Assembly: GCA_044892525.1 (NCBI GenBank) | Contig: CM097885.1 | Coordinates: forward strand, 24,368,001-24,432,000 | DNA: 64,000 nt | Reading direction: 5' to 3' | DNA from: Schmidtea polychroa | Taxonomy: Eukaryota | In this document: in pieces, positions 1 to 10,379 of the stretch | Layout of the letters: the number at the start of each line of letters is the position of its first letter | Position numbering within the stretch: the stretch's first letter is position 1 | Position numbers and translations under genes: made by a program | Notes under the pieces: generated by a model | The model's input: only the letters and a program-made list of their open reading frames with translations | What the model was told of the DNA's origin: nothing | The model's database searches: none

Positions 1-1125
1 AGAGTGTAAAAATGTAGATTTACGCTTACAACTATATCCAAAAATGATTGAAGATGGGCTCCTAGATACTTCAAATTATCCAGTGACCGATCCGTTGTTC
101 TCTGATAAAATTTGTTCTGTAATCGGGAAAGTTAAGGATGAGAATAAAGGAAATCAATATAAAGAATGGGTGTTTCTTCGACCCAAGTGCTACTCACTCC
201 AAGGCGATAAAAACACTCTAAAAGCCAAAGGAATAAGACTAACAAACTCTAATCTTACACATGAAGCCTATAAAAAAGTGTATACTGATGGTGGAACAGT
301 GAGCATCCCACAAAAAAGAATAGGAAGTGTCAATCATCAGTTGTATACTTTCATGACAGAAAGACGAGCTCTCCAATGTTTGGACGATAAAAGGTATTGG
401 TACAATTGTAATGAAAGCTATGCCTACGGTCACTATAAGATTCGTCAAATGCATATTGCAACTGCTATGTCTAGAAATGAATGCAAATCGAAACAAGCAC
501 TTTAACAATTAAATTTATGTGAATAATAAAATATATATTGTGAATTATTTGACTTCGTTAATTAAAATATGTTTTATCATTTAATAATTCATTTGTCCAA
601 TTAATTTAGATAATTAGTTTTAAGTAAGAATTATTATTTATCATGAAAAACTTTGCTTTGTTTTGAAAAATTAATGCCCATTTTATTTTAAATTAACACA
701 GCTTTATTTTATGATTATTACTAATTAAAATTTTATTCAAATTGAAATATTATTGTTACAATTTACACTCTTGTTAGAATATATTAAATGTAAATGTAAA
801 ATAATAACAATAAAAATAAATAATAATAATAGTAGATAAAAAAAATTAAATTAAAAAAAAATTAATTAAATAACGTAAGTAATTAAAATAAAATATTAAT
901 AAATAATTAATTAATTAAATGTAATAAATTGAAAATTAACTAAAGTAATTAATTAAAACAAAAAACATAATAAAATAATTAATTAATAAATTAAAAAAAA
1001 AATTAAATAGAAGTAATAAAATAAATTTAAAAAAAAAATAAATAAAAATGATTCTATTGACCTATATTTGATCTGGACATTGGGATGACCTTGAAAGTGT
1101 CCTGGAGTCCTCACTATATACTACT
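1..1125 (+). mobile_element. Right end of a Maverick/Polinton element (element A), truncated by the window start
   Basis: pPolB C-terminus at 2-505, then a terminus 'agtgtcctggagtcctcactatatactact' ending at 1125. It parallels the right end of element B ('agtgtcctggaggtgacacatcctactact', 33600); ACTACT-3' is the reverse complement of the AGTAGT Maverick end. The TSD cannot be verified. Confidence 0.7.
2..505 (+). CDS. polB: Protein-primed family B DNA polymerase (pPolB), C-terminal fragment
   Basis: Frame is open from the window start. Motifs LDTSNY, VIGKVKDE, FLRPKCYS, KAKGI, DDKR and AYGHY; clearly homologous to the pPolBs at 28059-31974 and 56893-60817. Confidence 0.92.
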   Translation, partial: ECKNVDLRLQLYPKMIEDGLLDTSNYPVTDPLFSDKICSVIGKVKDENKGNQYKEWVFLRPKCYSLQGDKNTLKAKGIRLTNSNLTHEAYKKVYTDGGTVSIPQKRIGSVNHQLYTFMTERRALQCLDDKRYWYNCNESYAYGHYKIRQMHIATAMSRNECKSKQAL

Positions 1126-1577
1126 GTCCGATTGTCGTATTTATGATCGCTGGTAGGTATGATGATCTGGAAGTGAATGAAATATGCTTAATAGAAGGTT
1201 CTAGTTTATTCACTGGAAATTTAATTCCATGGGCCGGTAATACATATTACCGGTAATTTTCAGGGTCCTATGTTGTTGATTTTAATATCCCTGTTGTGCG
1301 TGATGAACTACATGGCCTAATTATATACGGATTAAGCCTCATCTGTCTTAAGTCTGTTTATCATACCTCTGACTCCCTGACTCAGTACCAGGCTGTCGAA
1401 GATTAAGATTTGATCAAACGATTTAATACAAACTCTTACATTGTAATTTATATTACTGTTAATTATATTACAAGGGCAAAAAGAAAAAGGCGACAATCAA
1501 AAGGATGAAATTCAAAAGTACGTATTAGTAAAACAAACAATAAAAGAGCGAATATAATTAATATTATAATTAATATT

Positions 1578-3188
1578 AGTAGTAGGATGTGTCACCTCCA
1601 GGACACTATAAAATAAGTTGTATAAAACAAGTTAAGTAGTATAAAATAAGTATAAATTAAGTTAAAATTTAAGTAGGTCAAGTTAAAATTAAGTAGATCA
1701 AGTTAAAATTATGTAGGTCACGATTATATAGTTTAAAAATATGTAGGTCAAGTTAAAATTAAGTAGATCACGACTATATAATTTAAAATATGTAGGTCAA
1801 GTTAAAAGTAAGTAGATCACGACTATATAGTTTTTAAAATATATATAGGTCAAGTTACTTTAAACATGTGTCACCTCCAGGACACACACATATATATATA
1901 TATATATAAGTAGGTCAAGTTAAAATTAAGTAGATCAAATTAAAATTATGTAGGTCACGACTATATAGGTATTAAAATATTTAGGTCAAGTTACTTTAAA
2001 TATATGTTACCTCCTGGACTCTATGTAATCAAGTATGTCAAGTTAAATTTAGATAGGTCACGACTATATAGTTTAAAAATATGTAGGTCAAGTTCAAATT
2101 AAGTAGGTCACTACTGTATAGTTTTTAAAATATGTTGGTCAATTAATTTAAACATGTGTCACCTCCAGGACACTATATAAATAAGTAAGTCAAATTAAGT
2201 AGGTCACGACTATATAGTTTATAAAAAATATGTAGGTCAAGTTATTTTAAACATGTATCCCTATAATATATACATCATTCAAAAGATATTTGAGAGTAGA
2301 GTACAATGATCATACCTTCAAAGGTGTATGGTGAATCCTTAACCTTCAAAAGGTGCAAAACCCTCGAATTTTTTCAAACTCTATAATACATGTCATTCAA
2401 AAGGTAATTGAGATGTGAGTATGATGGTCATACAATCAAAGGTGTATGGTGAGTCCTTCACCTTCAAAGGGTCAAAAACTTTCGAATTTTTTCAAACTTT
2501 ATAATATATATACATCATTCAAAAGGTATTTGAGAGTAGAGTGTGATGGTCATACCTTCAAAGATGTATGGTGAGTCCTTACCCTCAAGTGTCAAAAACT
2601 TTGATTTTTATTCAAACTGTAAATTGATCATTACAACAAATTTTCAATCCCCAAAATAAATTTCCCAACTCAAAAATTTCCCAAATTTTAAAAATTCCCA
2701 AAAACAATTTTCCCAACTCAAATTTTTTCAAAAATTAAAAAGTCCCAAAAATGAAATTCCCAAAATTTCCCAACTCAAAATTTTTCAAATTTTAAAAAGT
2801 TTTCAAAACTATTTTCCCAAATTTTCCAACTAAATAGTAAAAGAATGTTTTACAAATTTTTTTTTTCCTCGAATACATCAAACCAAAAATTTAACAAGGT
2901 TAGTCACACAAATCTAATTCTGAAATCAAACAAATGAATTTAATAAAAATTAAAATCATCAACATACACAAACGCCGCCTACTCGCCCGCCCGCCGCCCG
3001 CCCCGAAGGGGCTGGCGCGGTAGTTTGTAAATTTGGTTTAGTTTGAATATTATTATTTGCAACATAGTTTTATTATTTACAATATTCAAAGTATTAATAA
3101 CAAAGGTAAAGAAATAAATGTTTATTAAATGTATATAGTATGATACTCATTAATATACATTGAACATGCTTTACATTTGCGAACATTT
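1578..3188 (+). repeat. Left terminal inverted repeat of element B (1611 bp)
   Basis: Near-identical reverse complement of 32060-33600. Built from ~20-30 bp TAGGTCA units, GTGTCACCTCCAGGACAC copies, three ~120-bp units (2262-2620), TTTCCCAA repeats and a GC box. Confidence 0.95.
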
Positions 3189-3682
3189 GAATCATAACAT
3201 TTAGAACATACAATTACATGTCCGCAAGGTAAAAACAAAACCGATACTTGATTTTCTTTACAAATGTAACAAGTTAAATACCTTTTCCTACCATCATTGA
3301 GTTTTTTCGTTAGCTTATTTTCAATCAATTCGGATTTCGATATCCATTCATAAATCAATCTACTACTATATCCTGGTTCCAGCCTTAAATCCATACAATT
3401 CCAAAAGTATTCATTCAATGAATCATTATCTACTATTGCTTTGTCTAAATGCATCAAATAAATCGATAACTTCAAAATGCATTTATTGTAATTAAATAAT
3501 TCAATCAAATATCCAATGGAGGAATGTTTGAAAATTTCTAAAATTTTTATGGTTTCTATTTCAGTGAGAGATTCATGATTGTTCATAAAATCTTCAACGG
3601 TGCAGTTTAAAAACTTGAATGATCTCGTGGTCATCTGTAATTTCTTAATAAATTTATGAAAATACCTATATTCTGCACACAT
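3125..3682 (-). CDS. C-terminal C3HC4 RING-finger protein (IAP/MDM2-type RING), putative E3 ligase; Maverick accessory gene
   Basis: CYICKENQVSVLFLPCGHVIVCSKC...CKAC at the extreme C-terminus; AATAAA overlaps the stop. No BIR motif recognised. Confidence 0.85.
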   Translation of the reverse strand: MCAEYRYFHKFIKKLQMTTRSFKFLNCTVEDFMNNHESLTEIETIKILEIFKHSSIGYLIELFNYNKCILKLSIYLMHLDKAIVDNDSLNEYFWNCMDLRLEPGYSSRLIYEWISKSELIENKLTKKLNDGRKRYLTCYICKENQVSVLFLPCGHVIVCSKCYDSNVRKCKACSMYINEYHTIYI

Positions 3683-3990
3683 TTATAAGAGATACATTAA
3701 AACAACTCATTATTAAACAAGAAAATAATTTAAAATCAATAATGGTAGTCTAAAAATTGATGAACTCGTATTTAATCCCAATAATTAATAACATGAATTT
3801 CCTTGTTAATCGCTCAGAAACAATTCTTGAAGATAATCGTATCGAGATGCCCGTTGTGAAAAATTAATGAATTTATTGACAGTGTTAGGTATAAAAGTTT
3901 ATCAAAAACTATAATAATTCTTGGTAAATGTTGTTGCCTTTGAATAATAGTATAAACAAAATTAGTTTTTCATTTTAATTATTTTCAACC

Positions 3991-4371
3991 ATGTCGGAAA
4001 AAGGTAAAATATGAATTTTATAATGTTTATTAATTTATTTAGCATATATAATCAACTTTTTGATTGAAAAATTGGAGGAAATATCTAATGTAAAAATTAG
4101 AGAATTTATGAATGTTCCAGAGAAATTAAAATGGCCGTATTCAGACGATGAAATTAATGAAGATGATATGTCATATGAATCTGAAAATATTTCCCAGCAA
4201 GAAGATGAATGTACTGATTTGCCTAGTGAAGAAATTAAGTCATGTATTGAGAATTCTACAACAGATAAATTACCAAATGAATCTAAACAAGAAGATGAAT
4301 CTATTGTTTTTACTAATTGTATTGATCATATTGCTGAAAATATAATGAAAAGAGATTGTATTGAAGATTAA
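3991..4371 (+). CDS. Acidic hypothetical protein, 113 aa, 2 exons join(3991..4003,4043..4371)
   Basis: ATG TCG GAA AAA G|gtaaaa...tttag|CA joins in frame to ORF 4060-4371 via a 39-nt intron; AATAAA at the stop. Confidence 0.7.
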
Positions 4372-4443
4372 TAAATTTAAAACTTTAGTTATTTTCAATG
4401 ATTTAAAAACACCAAAACACTAATAAAGATGTATTAAATAAAT

Positions 4444-5038
4444 TTAACATGAACAATGTTCCTCTTCAAACTTTTCTTCGGCTTTTATAATTTTCCAAAT
4501 TGGTTTGATTCGGTCTCTGCTTACATTATACCCTTGAATTAATATGGTAACCATGCAGGTTATTTTGCTCATCTTACCATCATTGCGAATCATATCCAAA
4601 TCATATCTAATGAACATATCTTCATCATCAAATTCAATATTTTCATTGATCCTCTGAAATAATTGTCCCAATAGCATCTTGTCGTGAAACTTGATTTTGG
4701 AAAGTCTCACATTGTAGAAACATTTTTCCAGAGTTACTGGTTCCTAACAATAAATAATAATAATAATAAAATCCAAAATAATTTATACAAACTTACCTTA
4801 AATGTATAGGAAATTGGACAATACAAATAATTTAGTTTGTATTGCATGAATTCGACTGGCTTTTTTGTATCCACTCGAACATTGACCAAGGTTTCCGTGG
4901 ATAATGTCGCTTCTTTAAATTTCCTTTTTCCGAATTCCTGAGCGGCATCTGCAATTTTTATCTTCAAAACTCCTAGATTAAAAAATCAATAAATGGAATA
5001 TGTGTAAACGACAACAAACCTGTAATTTGATTATCCAT
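4444..5038 (-). CDS. Hypothetical protein, 164 aa, 3 exons complement(join(4444..4743,4797..4972,5020..5038))
   Basis: GT-AG introns of 47 nt (5019-4973) and 53 nt (4796-4744) fuse ORFs 4734-4967 and 4444-4710 in frame behind MDNQIT. Confidence 0.72.
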
Positions 5039-5229
5039 TTGTAGTAATAATATTTAATAATTTGAACCAGATATTTATACTAATTTCATTGTAAACAAGT
5101 TTCAAGTGACAGGCATGATCAAAACGTGATCAACTAGTTCATTTTATGCTAAATAACAAAGTCTGAAATGATTTATTGTATACAAAGAAATATTATAGGT
5201 TAATTAAGGTTATCACAAAACAAATATAA

Positions 5230-5611
5230 TTATATTTTATTACAACAATACATTTTTCGCAATTCCACAAGTAAAGCATGAATTATTTCTCGTTTCTGTA
5301 GATTTACAAAACATGTACAACTATCATCCCCACAAGTATTCTGTATATTATTTTTACAAAAATCACAATTTTTAACATCATCGGTATAACATGTAATCGT
5401 AGCATGATCCATATGAATTAAATCTATTACATTTATTCCAGTTATTTCATAAATTTTGTAAAACACAACTTCTGGAGCACAATACATTAAGGAATTGTTC
5501 AAATTCGGATAAAAATCTTCAATTTTATCAATCAAAATTTTTAGTATAGTTTCTAAACAAAATCAGTAAATTTAAAATAAAAAAAAAACAGTTACCTTCA
5601 TGTTCAATCAT
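5230..5611 (-). CDS. Cys-rich hypothetical protein, 2 exons complement(join(5230..5552,5596..5611))
   Basis: ATG ATT GAA CAT GAA G|gtaact...tttag|AA ACT joins in frame to ORF 5230-5535 via a 43-nt intron. H/C cluster (CDFC...CGDDSCTC) suggests Zn binding. Confidence 0.6.
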
Positions 5612-6116
5612 TGTTGAATAAATATTCAAGCAAATCCTCGTTACTTATATTTGAAGAAATTGTTAAAGATCCAATCAAATCCTTTACATCGTTTATAATT
5701 CCTTCAACAATAGTATGAAAATCTAAATTTTTAATACCTAGTACAACTATTTTACCACTCGAAAAAATATTTACACATAGTGGATTATATTTTGTATAGC
5801 GCAGAGCGGGAAATAATTCAGGCTCATATATACAATCTCCATCTAATAACTTTGCTAAATTATTCAAATTAATAGATTGTTCAACCTTGGTAGCTATAGT
5901 AAGACTTTGAACTTGAATATCTTTGATATTATATTGCAAATTCTCGAATTCGATAGGCTTCTTACAACCCATTATACGACATTTACCATTTTTGAAAAAT
6001 ATAATGGTATATTTTCCAGTTTTGTCGACATATTGTTGAGGTTTACACTTGGGGAAATTCATCATACCAACAGTTTCCAAAGACACACGACCTCTATAAT
6101 TAATATTTGTCAACAT
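5604..6116 (-). CDS. TATA-binding protein (TBP)-like protein, divergent, Maverick-encoded
   Basis: Two TBP-fold repeats: IIFFKNGKCRIMG, and INLNNLA...YEPELFPALRY...VNIFSSGKIVVLG (cf. TBP YEPELFPGLIY and LIFSSGKxVxTG). First ATG at 6116; an upstream exon is possible. Confidence 0.85.
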   Translation of the reverse strand: MLTNINYRGRVSLETVGMMNFPKCKPQQYVDKTGKYTIIFFKNGKCRIMGCKKPIEFENLQYNIKDIQVQSLTIATKVEQSINLNNLAKLLDGDCIYEPELFPALRYTKYNPLCVNIFSSGKIVVLGIKNLDFHTIVEGIINDVKDLIGSLTISSNISNEDLLEYLFNND

Positions 6117-6143
6117 TTCTAATGAATATTTAAAAAAAAACAA

Positions 6144-6191
<48 letters not shown>

Positions 6192-6194
<3 letters not shown>

Positions 6195-9100
6195 GCCCGG
6201 TTTTAGGCATAGGCGACGTCGGCAGCAGCCTAGGGCGCCGATTTACAAGCGGGCGCCAAATAGTTCTGCTTTTTTTATCAAGTAAATTAAATATTTTATA
6301 AACTTTCTATCTTTATATTGATATATACATATGTATGAATTTGTATATATATGAATTTGTATGTACGTAAAACATGTAATTCCATCGTTGTTTTAGTCCG
6401 ATACCGATTACTTATTTCTTTTAAAATTTAAAAAAATACAACGGAAAATCGATTTAAAAAAATATTTTGCAAGTTCAAAAAAGTTAACTGAAAAGCGGTT
6501 TTAAAAAAAATTTAGCATATAGCATGCTCTGAAATTTTTTTAAATTACGCAATAATTTTTAGTTTTATTTTAAAAGAATAAAGTCACATGCAGTAAAGTT
6601 TTAAAAGACTAAAGTAAATGTTAAAAAAGTTAAAAAATAAATAAACAGAAAGTGAAAAAAAAAATAAAATTTAATTAGTGCAGGGCTCAAATTTTTTTTA
6701 TTTAAAGTATATATAATTTCGGTCGTACTTCCAGTATAATTTTTACATATATACAACACAGTAATTTAATTTATATTGGATTTTTCTACACCTATTATTA
6801 AATCTATTATATTCTATTAATTTTTACTTGAGGTAGCATAATGGCAGATAGAAAAAAATTATCTGGCGCACAAAATAGAAAACGTAAAGCTGAAAAGAAA
6901 AATGAAGAAAAAAAGCAAGAAGGTGCTTTTCTGAAATATATTTGTCGTCAACAATCACAAGATAAAAATCGAAATGAAATGACTCCGAGAAAACAAGTAG
7001 ACTGCAATTTGGAAGAGCAAATGGATAGGAACTCTACAACTAGAAATGCAGAGGTGCCTATTTTGACTGAGTTTCCACATACGAATGTGGAAGAAACTAT
7101 AGAAGAAACTGAAGTTGAAACAATTGAAGAAACTGTTGAAGAACCTATAGAAGAAATTGTATTAGAAACTATAGAAGACACTGAAGAAATTTTAATTAAT
7201 GAAACTTTGGAAATATTAGAAAGCGTAAATTCGAGTCTTGATTATAGTGATCCGGCAACTTGGTTAAATTCACATGACTTACGTTCTGGCCGTTTGAGGC
7301 AAATTTTGGTTGAACACGGACCAGAACAAATTGAAGAATTTGATTTTCCTCAAAATGAGAGCCATAGAAAATTTTCAATGAATTTTTATAGAAGGAGACT
7401 TGCAAATGGAGAAGAAATGCGGCGTCATTGGCTACAGTATTCCAAAACAACTAATTCGGCATTCTGCTTTTGTTGCAAAATTTTTAATAATAACCAGCGT
7501 GTAATACATCTCTCCGATAAAGGATCAAGCGATTGGAAAAATATGTCTGTAATTTTAGAAAGACATGAGAAAAATAAGGATCATTTAATTAATTTTCAAA
7601 CTTGGAAGGAGCTAGAATTGCGTTTAAAAAAGAATAAAACTATTGACCAGGATAATTTGCGTCTCATAAAACAAGAAGAGAGACACTGGCAACAAGTCTT
7701 AGAGCGTCTTATAGGTCTAGTTAAAGTGCTTGCTACGCAAAATATTGCATTTCGCGGAAGCAATGAAAAATTGTATTCTCCTGGAAATGGAAACTTCCTT
7801 AGCTTTGTAGAATATTTGGCCTCTTTTGATCCAATTATGGGTGAGCATCTTCGCAGAATAAAGAACAATGAAACACAAGTTCATTATTTGGGAAAAGATA
7901 TTCAGAATGAGTTAATACAACTTTTATCTAAGAGTATTAAAACAAAAATTTTAAAATCGATTTCCATGGCTAAATATTTTTCAATAATCCTGGATTGCAC
8001 ACCAGACGTTAGCCATACTGAACAAATGACGTTGATTATTCGTTTTGTCCATACAAATACAGAAAATTGTGATTTAGATCCCATATGCATAAGAGAACAT
8101 TTTTTGGGATTTGTGAAACTAACAGATACAACTGGTGCTGGTATGACCGATGAAATCGTTCAGATGTTAGCAGATATGTCATTACCTATTGAGAACTTGC
8201 GTGGCCAAGGATACGATAATGGTAGCAATATGAAAGGCAAAGAAAATGGCGTGCAACGGCGAATTCTGAATCTAAATCCACGAGCACTATTTGTTCCTTG
8301 TTCTGCGCATTCTTTGAATCTGGTTGTTAATGACGCTGTAAGCTGTTGTTTAGATGCTACATCATTTTTTATGTTAGTGCAACGAATATATGTCTATTTT
8401 GCCGCTTCAACACGTCGATGGGAAGTTTTAAAACGTCATGCTTCAAACTTGACAGTGAAGCCATTGAGCGATACAAGATGGGAGAGCCGAATCGATGCCC
8501 TTAAACCTCTACGCTATCAGCTAAGTAAAGTTATTGCTGCACTTATTGATATTTTTCAAGATACTTCTCAAACAGGAGTTTCTGGTAATACTTCACGTAT
8601 AGAAGCACAGGGCCTTGCTAAAGCTATTTCGAATTTCGAGTTTGTAGTTTCTGTTATTATCTGGTATGATATTCTTTTCAACATAAATATTACAAGAAAA
8701 CAACTTCAATCTGAGAAAATTAATATTCAAGATGCTATGAAGCTACTAGAAGATACCAAAAAATTTCTATTCAACTCCCGAAATGATGAAGGTTTTGAAA
8801 GAATATTGGTAGATGCGCGAGAACTTGCTGAAGAATCAGAAATTTCCCCAATCTTTAAACAAACTCAGCGTATCAGAAAACAAAAAAAACAGTTCGAATA
8901 TGAAGCCAACGATGAGCCCATTCAGAACCCAAAAGAAAAATTTAAGATCAGCTTTTACTTCGCAGTTTTGGATAGAGCTTTAAAATCTGTTGAGCAAAGA
9001 TTCACCCAAATGTCAACGATAAATTCAACATTTGGATTTCTATACAACATACATAATTTGCAATATATTTCGTCAAAGAAAATATTAGAGGATTGTCTTA

Positions 9101-9648
9101 AACTGGAAAATTTTTTACGGCACGATGATTCTAAAGATATTGATGGTACAGATTTATTGAACGAATTGATATTTATAGCTAGACATATTCCAAAAAACTT
9201 ATTGCCGGAAGATGTACTTAATTATATTTGTAAAAATAATATAGTGGACAGCGTTCCAAATATATTTGTTGCTTTGCGAATTTTATTAACCCTACCAGTT
9301 TCTGTGGCAAGCGGTGAACGAAGCTTTTCGAAGCTTAAACAGATCAAAACATATATAAGATCTACAATGTCACAAGAACGGCTTGTGGGATTAGCAATAT
9401 TGTCGATTGAACACGAAATGGCGCGTGATATAGATACGAAGTTGCTGCTTGAAGATTTCACTAAACTAAAAGCACGAAAAATTAAATTTTAAATGGTTTT
9501 TGTTTTCATATATATTTTTGTGTAATAAATAAATGAAGTATAGTTATTTTATTTTCATTTACTTCTTTAATTATTGGGTTTGTTTCTAGACTAGAGGCGC
9601 CATTTTTTTAGTTTGCCTAGGGCGCCAAATACTCTAGCGTCGGGCCTG
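6192..9648 (+). mobile_element. Autonomous hAT DNA transposon (3457 bp) nested in element B
   Basis: Ends CAGGCCCG...CGGGCCTG, subterminal CCTAGGGCGCC motifs at both ends, 8-bp flanks ATATATAT in a (TA)n tract, intact transposase. Confidence 0.93.
6841..9492 (+). CDS. hAT transposase (ZMYM1-like group; TTF-type Zn finger, RNase H-like DDE core, C-terminal dimerisation domain), 883 aa
   Basis: WLQYS..AFCFCC, FSIILDCTPDVSHTEQ, GQGYDNGSNMKG, CSAHSLNL, TRWESR, SVASGERSFSKLKQIKTYIRSTMSQERL; ORF uninterrupted. Confidence 0.96.
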   Translation: MADRKKLSGAQNRKRKAEKKNEEKKQEGAFLKYICRQQSQDKNRNEMTPRKQVDCNLEEQMDRNSTTRNAEVPILTEFPHTNVEETIEETEVETIEETVEEPIEEIVLETIEDTEEILINETLEILESVNSSLDYSDPATWLNSHDLRSGRLRQILVEHGPEQIEEFDFPQNESHRKFSMNFYRRRLANGEEMRRHWLQYSKTTNSAFCFCCKIFNNNQRVIHLSDKGSSDWKNMSVILERHEKNKDHLINFQTWKELELRLKKNKTIDQDNLRLIKQEERHWQQVLERLIGLVKVLATQNIAFRGSNEKLYSPGNGNFLSFVEYLASFDPIMGEHLRRIKNNETQVHYLGKDIQNELIQLLSKSIKTKILKSISMAKYFSIILDCTPDVSHTEQMTLIIRFVHTNTENCDLDPICIREHFLGFVKLTDTTGAGMTDEIVQMLADMSLPIENLRGQGYDNGSNMKGKENGVQRRILNLNPRALFVPCSAHSLNLVVNDAVSCCLDATSFFMLVQRIYVYFAASTRRWEVLKRHASNLTVKPLSDTRWESRIDALKPLRYQLSKVIAALIDIFQDTSQTGVSGNTSRIEAQGLAKAISNFEFVVSVIIWYDILFNINITRKQLQSEKINIQDAMKLLEDTKKFLFNSRNDEGFERILVDARELAEESEISPIFKQTQRIRKQKKQFEYEANDEPIQNPKEKFKISFYFAVLDRALKSVEQRFTQMSTINSTFGFLYNIHNLQYISSKKILEDCLKLENFLRHDDSKDIDGTDLLNELIFIARHIPKNLLPEDVLNYICKNNIVDSVPNIFVALRILLTLPVSVASGERSFSKLKQIKTYIRSTMSQERLVGLAILSIEHEMARDIDTKLLLEDFTKLKARKIKF

Positions 9649-9734
9649 ATATATATATATGTAATATTATAGAGTAATTAAATCATTTTATTCTTTACGA
9701 TATAAACAAAATAACTTTTAAATGAATATTAAAA

Positions 9735-10361
9735 ATGGAACTAAGAAATGATGCTGTATATCAAATAGTCGGACCAAGTGGTAGCGGCAAAACTTTGTTT
9801 GTTTGCAAATTACTAAAATCACATTTATTCAAATCAAAATTTAACAAAATTTATTGGCATCGAGGTGCTGATCAAGAACACGGATTGACTCAATCAAGTT
9901 TCTGTAAATTGAAAAATATGAAAATAGTAGAGGGATTTGATAAAAATTGGTCCAGTAGACTAAAGAAGGGGGATGTCATAATTATTGATGACTTGTATCA
10001 AGAGGCTAATAAAGAAAAGAATTTCAATAATTTATTTACCAAAATCAGTAGACACGTTGGTGTAACTGTTATTTTTATAACTCAAAATCTATTTCATCAA
10101 GGCGGTGCACATAGAACTCGTAATTTAAATGTTCAATATTTGGTTGTTTTTAAAAACCCTAGAGATGCAACAGTTATAGATTTTCTTGCAAGACAAGCAT
10201 ATCCAAATAATCGTAATTTTCTGATTAATGCATTTCAAGATGCTACAAAACAACCTCATGGATATATATTTCTTGATTTCACACAACAGTGTCCTGATGA
10301 TTTACGAGTGAGAACTGATATTTTCAATAAAGAAGGGTCAATGGTTTATAAACAAAGTTAA
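9735..10361 (+). CDS. Genome-packaging ATPase (A32-like, FtsK/HerA superfamily)
   Basis: Walker A GPSGSGKT, Walker B IIIDD, SRH..IFITQNLF, FKNPRD, PHGYIFLD as in Maverick ATPases. Confidence 0.93.
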   Translation: MELRNDAVYQIVGPSGSGKTLFVCKLLKSHLFKSKFNKIYWHRGADQEHGLTQSSFCKLKNMKIVEGFDKNWSSRLKKGDVIIIDDLYQEANKEKNFNNLFTKISRHVGVTVIFITQNLFHQGGAHRTRNLNVQYLVVFKNPRDATVIDFLARQAYPNNRNFLINAFQDATKQPHGYIFLDFTQQCPDDLRVRTDIFNKEGSMVYKQS

Positions 10362-10379
10362 AACCTGGATTGACTGATC

